Positions 60,880-64,000 of a stretch of 64,000 nt of DNA are shown here, one piece after another. Position numbers and translations under genes: made by a program. A model generated the notes under the pieces. The model worked only from the letters and a program-made list of their open reading frames with translations. It was not told where the DNA came from and made no database searches. Position 1 is the first letter of the stretch. The number at the start of each line of letters is the position of its first letter. This DNA is from Planctomycetota bacterium (GTDB lineage Bacteria; Planctomycetota; UBA11346), in assembly GCA_043775355.1 (NCBI GenBank), contig JAYVSL010000025.1, forward strand, positions 224-64,223, written 5' to 3'.

Positions 60880-61950
60880 ATGAATCAGCTCGCCTCGTTG
60901 CTCGGTCGTCCATCAGCGTGGTTGAACAGTCCTGGTTCGCACGGCGGCGTGGTGATTTCAAGCCGCGTGCGTTTGGCGCGCAACCTGGATGGCTTCGCCT
61001 TTCAGCGCAAATTAAGCAAAGTTCGCCAGCAAGAACTGGTCGATCATCTACGCGCCACGGTCGACACCGTCGCGGTGTTGCCGAACTCACTGTCACTCAA
61101 ACTCGACACCCTCAGCGATCTGGAGCGCCAAGCGTTGGTCGAACGTCAATTAATCTCGCGCGATTTGGCGGGCGGCAAACGTCCGGCTGGCGTCTACATT
61201 AGCAGCGATGAAATCCACTCGCTGATGTTCAACGAAGAAGATCACCTTCGCCTGCAAGTCATCAGCGCCGGATTGTGCGTGAACGCCAATCTTGAAATGG
61301 CGATTCAACTGGATCGTCGACTAGAAAAAGCGCTGCCGTGGTCGAGTCATCCCGAGTACGGATATCTGACCGCGTGTCCGACCAACGTTGGCACCGGTCT
61401 ACGCGCATCCGTCATGCTGCATCTGCCCGCACTGGTAGAAACCGGTGAATTCAAACAAGTCATGCGCAGTCTGAGTAAACTGCATATGACCGTGCGCGGC
61501 CTACACGGCGAAGGCAGCGAACCCTCAGGACATTTTTATCAGATCAGTAATCAACGCGCATTGGGCATGAGCGAACAGCAATTAGTTGATCACCTCAACG
61601 AAACCGTCGAACGCATCATCGCCTACGAACAACTCGCACGCCAAGCACTGATGACCAAAGGGCGCTTAAAATTGGATGATAAAGTTCACCGCGCCTGGGG
61701 CTTACTTACCCACGCCCGAGTCTTGACCAGCGATGAGCTGACTGACCACTTATCATGGGTACGCTTGGGTGTCGGCCTGCGTTTGCTGTCATGGCAAAAT
61801 TGGAAGATGCTCGATAAAATTTTCTTGCAGTGCCAACCAGCTCATATCCAGTTGCAGAATGCCGAAGCCACTGATGTGGAAGCACGTGACCGCCTGCGCG
61901 CCGATTTGGTACGCAAGTGGCTGCTGACTCCCACTGGCGAACAAAACTGA
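60880..61950 (+). CDS. mcsB: protein arginine kinase (ATP:guanido phosphotransferase family)
   Basis: 356 aa. Phosphagen-kinase active-site signature CPTNVGTGLRASV and the NEEDHLRLQ motif. Confidence 0.9.
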   Translation: MNQLASLLGRPSAWLNSPGSHGGVVISSRVRLARNLDGFAFQRKLSKVRQQELVDHLRATVDTVAVLPNSLSLKLDTLSDLERQALVERQLISRDLAGGKRPAGVYISSDEIHSLMFNEEDHLRLQVISAGLCVNANLEMAIQLDRRLEKALPWSSHPEYGYLTACPTNVGTGLRASVMLHLPALVETGEFKQVMRSLSKLHMTVRGLHGEGSEPSGHFYQISNQRALGMSEQQLVDHLNETVERIIAYEQLARQALMTKGRLKLDDKVHRAWGLLTHARVLTSDELTDHLSWVRLGVGLRLLSWQNWKMLDKIFLQCQPAHIQLQNAEATDVEARDRLRADLVRKWLLTPTGEQN

Positions 61951-61998
61951 TTCTTTGAATCAAAACGACACACTCACCTCCTTTAAGTTGGCAGACCC

Positions 61999-64000
61999 AT
62001 GTTCGATAAATTCACTGACCGCGCGCGCAAGATCATCGCTTTGGCTCAAAAAGAGGCCGAGCGTTTTCATCACGATTATATTGGCACCGAGCATCTGCTG
62101 CTGGGGCTGGTGAAGGAAGGTTCCGGCGTCGCGGTGACCGCGCTCAATAATCTTTCGGTCGACGTTGAAAAAGTTCGTCGCGAAGTGGAAAAGTTGGTCG
62201 TGGTGGCCGACAAAGAAGCCCCCTCTGGTCCGCTTCCGTTCACGCCGCAAGCGAAGCGCGTGTTGGAATTAGCCAGCGAAGAAGCCCGCGCCCTCGGCCA
62301 TCCGTACATCGGCACCGAACACATTCTGCTCGGTCTGCTCAGCGAACAGGACAGCGTCGCCGCACAAGTGCTGATCAACCTCGACCTGAAATTGGAAGAC
62401 GTCCGCAACGAGATTCTTGATCTGCTTGGGGCCAGCGATGTCTCCAACATGCCGCAGTCTTCGGCCAAAGAACCTGGCGAAAAAGCCCCAGAAAAACCCG
62501 CCGCCGGTAAGGGCAAAAAAGGCGATGAGTCCACCACTCCCGCACTCGACGCCTTTGGTCGCGATCTAACCGCCGCCGCAGAAGCCGGTGAATTGGATCC
62601 CGTTATTGGACGCTCAAAAGAAATTGAACGCCTGTGGCAAATCCTTTGCCGCCGCACTAAGAATAATCCCGTTCTGCTGGGTGAACCTGGAGTCGGCAAA
62701 ACCGCCATCGTTGAAGGCTTGGCCCAATCGATCGTCAAACACGAGGTCCCGGATTTGCTCGCCAACAAGCGTGTCATTTCGCTCGACCTTGCCTCGATGG
62801 TTGCTGGCACCAAATATCGCGGCCAATTCGAAGAACGCATCAAAGCAGTGATGAAAGAAGTCAAACAATCGAAGAACATCATCTTGTTCATCGACGAACT
62901 GCACACCCTGGTTGGCGCTGGCGGTGCCGAAGGCGCCATCGACGCCAGCAACGTACTCAAACCGGCGCTGTCGCGCGGCGAAATGCAGTGCATTGGTGCG
63001 ACCACGCTCGACGAGTTCCGTAAATACATTGAAAAAGACGGCGCCCTCGAACGTCGTTTCCAATCCATCATCGTCGATCCACCGTCGATCGACGACGCGG
63101 TGAAAATCCTTGCCGGTCTGCGCGACAAATACGAATCACATCACCGCATCAAAATCACCGACGCCGCCTTGACCGCCGCCGTCAAGCTCAGCGACCGCTA
63201 CATTACTGGCCGCTTCCTGCCCGATAAAGCGATCGATGTCATCGACGAAGCTGGTGCCAAGTTGCGCTTGAAGGCAACCTCGCGCGCGCCGGCCTACAAA
63301 GAAATCGAACTCGAAATCAAAGAGTTAGAAAAACAGAAATCCGAAGCGGTCCTTAATCAAGACTACGAAAAAGCAGCGGAATTCCGTGATCGCGCGGAAA
63401 AGCGCAAAAAAGATCTGGTCGATTTAAAGCGCAAACACCAGGAACAATCTAAGGAATTGTGCGGCACCGTCGACGAACACTTGGTCGGTGAAATCGTCGC
63501 ATCGATGACCGGCATTCCGCTCAAGCGTTTGGATCAAGGCGAAGCAACGCGCTTGCTCGAACTCGAATCCCATCTGCACAAAAAAGTCATTTCGCAAGAC
63601 GAAGCCATCAAAGCCGTATCGCGCGCCATCCGCCGTTCGCGTTCGGGCCTCAAAGATCCACGTCGTCCAGTCGGCTCCTTCATGCTCGTTGGCCCCACTG
63701 GCGTCGGCAAAACTTTGCTCTGCAAAGCGCTCGCTGAATTCATGTTCGGCGGCGAAGAAGCCCTCATCCAAATCGACATGTCCGAGTACGGCGAAAAACA
63801 CAACGCCAGCCGCTTGGTTGGCGCGCCTCCGGGATATGTCGGCTTCGAAGAGGGCGGCCAGTTGACCGAAAAAGTCCGTCGTCGTCCCTATTCCGTGGTG
63901 CTTTTCGACGAAATCGAAAAGGCCCACGGCGACGTCTTCAACATGCTTTTACAGATCATGGAAGAAGGTAAGCTGACCGATTCGTTCGGCCGCGTGGTCG
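61999..64000 (+). CDS. clpC: ATP-dependent Clp protease ATP-binding subunit ClpC (3' end beyond the window)
   Basis: Absent from the ORF track (no stop in the window). From ATG 61999 it reads [41 protein letters not shown] (Clp_N repeats). Then Walker [10 protein letters not shown], a UVR-like linker ([15 protein letters not shown]) and a second Walker A GPTGVGKT. Confidence 0.9.
   Translation, partial: MFDKFTDRARKIIALAQKEAERFHHDYIGTEHLLLGLVKEGSGVAVTALNNLSVDVEKVRREVEKLVVVADKEAPSGPLPFTPQAKRVLELASEEARALGHPYIGTEHILLGLLSEQDSVAAQVLINLDLKLEDVRNEILDLLGASDVSNMPQSSAKEPGEKAPEKPAAGKGKKGDESTTPALDAFGRDLTAAAEAGELDPVIGRSKEIERLWQILCRRTKNNPVLLGEPGVGKTAIVEGLAQSIVKHEVPDLLANKRVISLDLASMVAGTKYRGQFEERIKAVMKEVKQSKNIILFIDELHTLVGAGGAEGAIDASNVLKPALSRGEMQCIGATTLDEFRKYIEKDGALERRFQSIIVDPPSIDDAVKILAGLRDKYESHHRIKITDAALTAAVKLSDRYITGRFLPDKAIDVIDEAGAKLRLKATSRAPAYKEIELEIKELEKQKSEAVLNQDYEKAAEFRDRAEKRKKDLVDLKRKHQEQSKELCGTVDEHLVGEIVASMTGIPLKRLDQGEATRLLELESHLHKKVISQDEAIKAVSRAIRRSRSGLKDPRRPVGSFMLVGPTGVGKTLLCKALAEFMFGGEEALIQIDMSEYGEKHNASRLVGAPPGYVGFEEGGQLTEKVRRRPYSVVLFDEIEKAHGDVFNMLLQIMEEGKLTDSFGRVV

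Noticed and set aside
62076-63128. 350-aa ORF on the - strand
   Set aside because: It is antisense to clpC, whose Walker motifs and Clp_N repeats fix the + frame. Its composition is Ser/Arg/Pro-rich and motif-free, so it is a shadow ORF.

Overview
This is a gene-dense 64-kb chromosomal segment with about 60 protein genes and one tRNA. I recognised no rRNA, CRISPR array, transposase, integrase or phage genes. It comes from a diderm bacterium of moderately high GC. I cannot assign taxonomy from this window; the gene content is compatible with a PVC-group or similar lineage. Order, left to right: partial MFS transporter; isolated flgD; three phosphatase genes in a row (metallophosphoesterase, a SpoIIE-type phosphatase with an unrecognised triple zinc-ribbon N-terminus, a PP2C); isochorismatase-family hydrolase; rsuA, rsmC-like and xseB; a STAS protein; an ABC importer; a heterodimeric ABC exporter; glnD; aroA; rsmD; TetR plus a tripartite RND efflux operon; DUF4337; a Tat-lipoprotein intradiol-dioxygenase-like protein; murJ; rph; argF; argB; pilD; prmC; tRNA-Glu(CUC); an OMP plus Calx-beta surface-protein pair; metF; an acyltransferase and a thioesterase; the complete nuoA-N operon (44045-59896, - strand); and mcsA-mcsB-clpC, with clpC cut by the right edge. 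Most of this is ordinary housekeeping. Five things stand out. (1) Several complex I subunits carry non-canonical additions: a PKD-like domain inside NuoJ, an FN3-like C-terminal extension on NuoE, a ~120-aa two-helix insertion in NuoH, and Ala/Lys/Pro tails on NuoM and NuoN. (2) Intergenic elements are built from inverted or tandem arrays of very short units. The heptamer ATGTCCG occurs at two unrelated loci. The heptamer AGCTGCG/AGCTCGT occurs at two nuo junctions. A 12-mer array occurs at a third nuo junction. (3) The SpoIIE phosphatase has three CPxC...HxxxC modules, sits next to a second PP2C and near a STAS protein, and no switch kinase is present. (4) The Calx-beta protein has a Cys-containing C-terminal sorting-signal-like tail. 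(5) mcsA-mcsB-clpC has no ctsR, and a perfect 12-bp tandem repeat lies in its upstream region. All calls come from reading the ORF track and sequence by eye. No database search, HMM or folding calculation was run, so domain assignments rest on motif recognition and start codons are best guesses.
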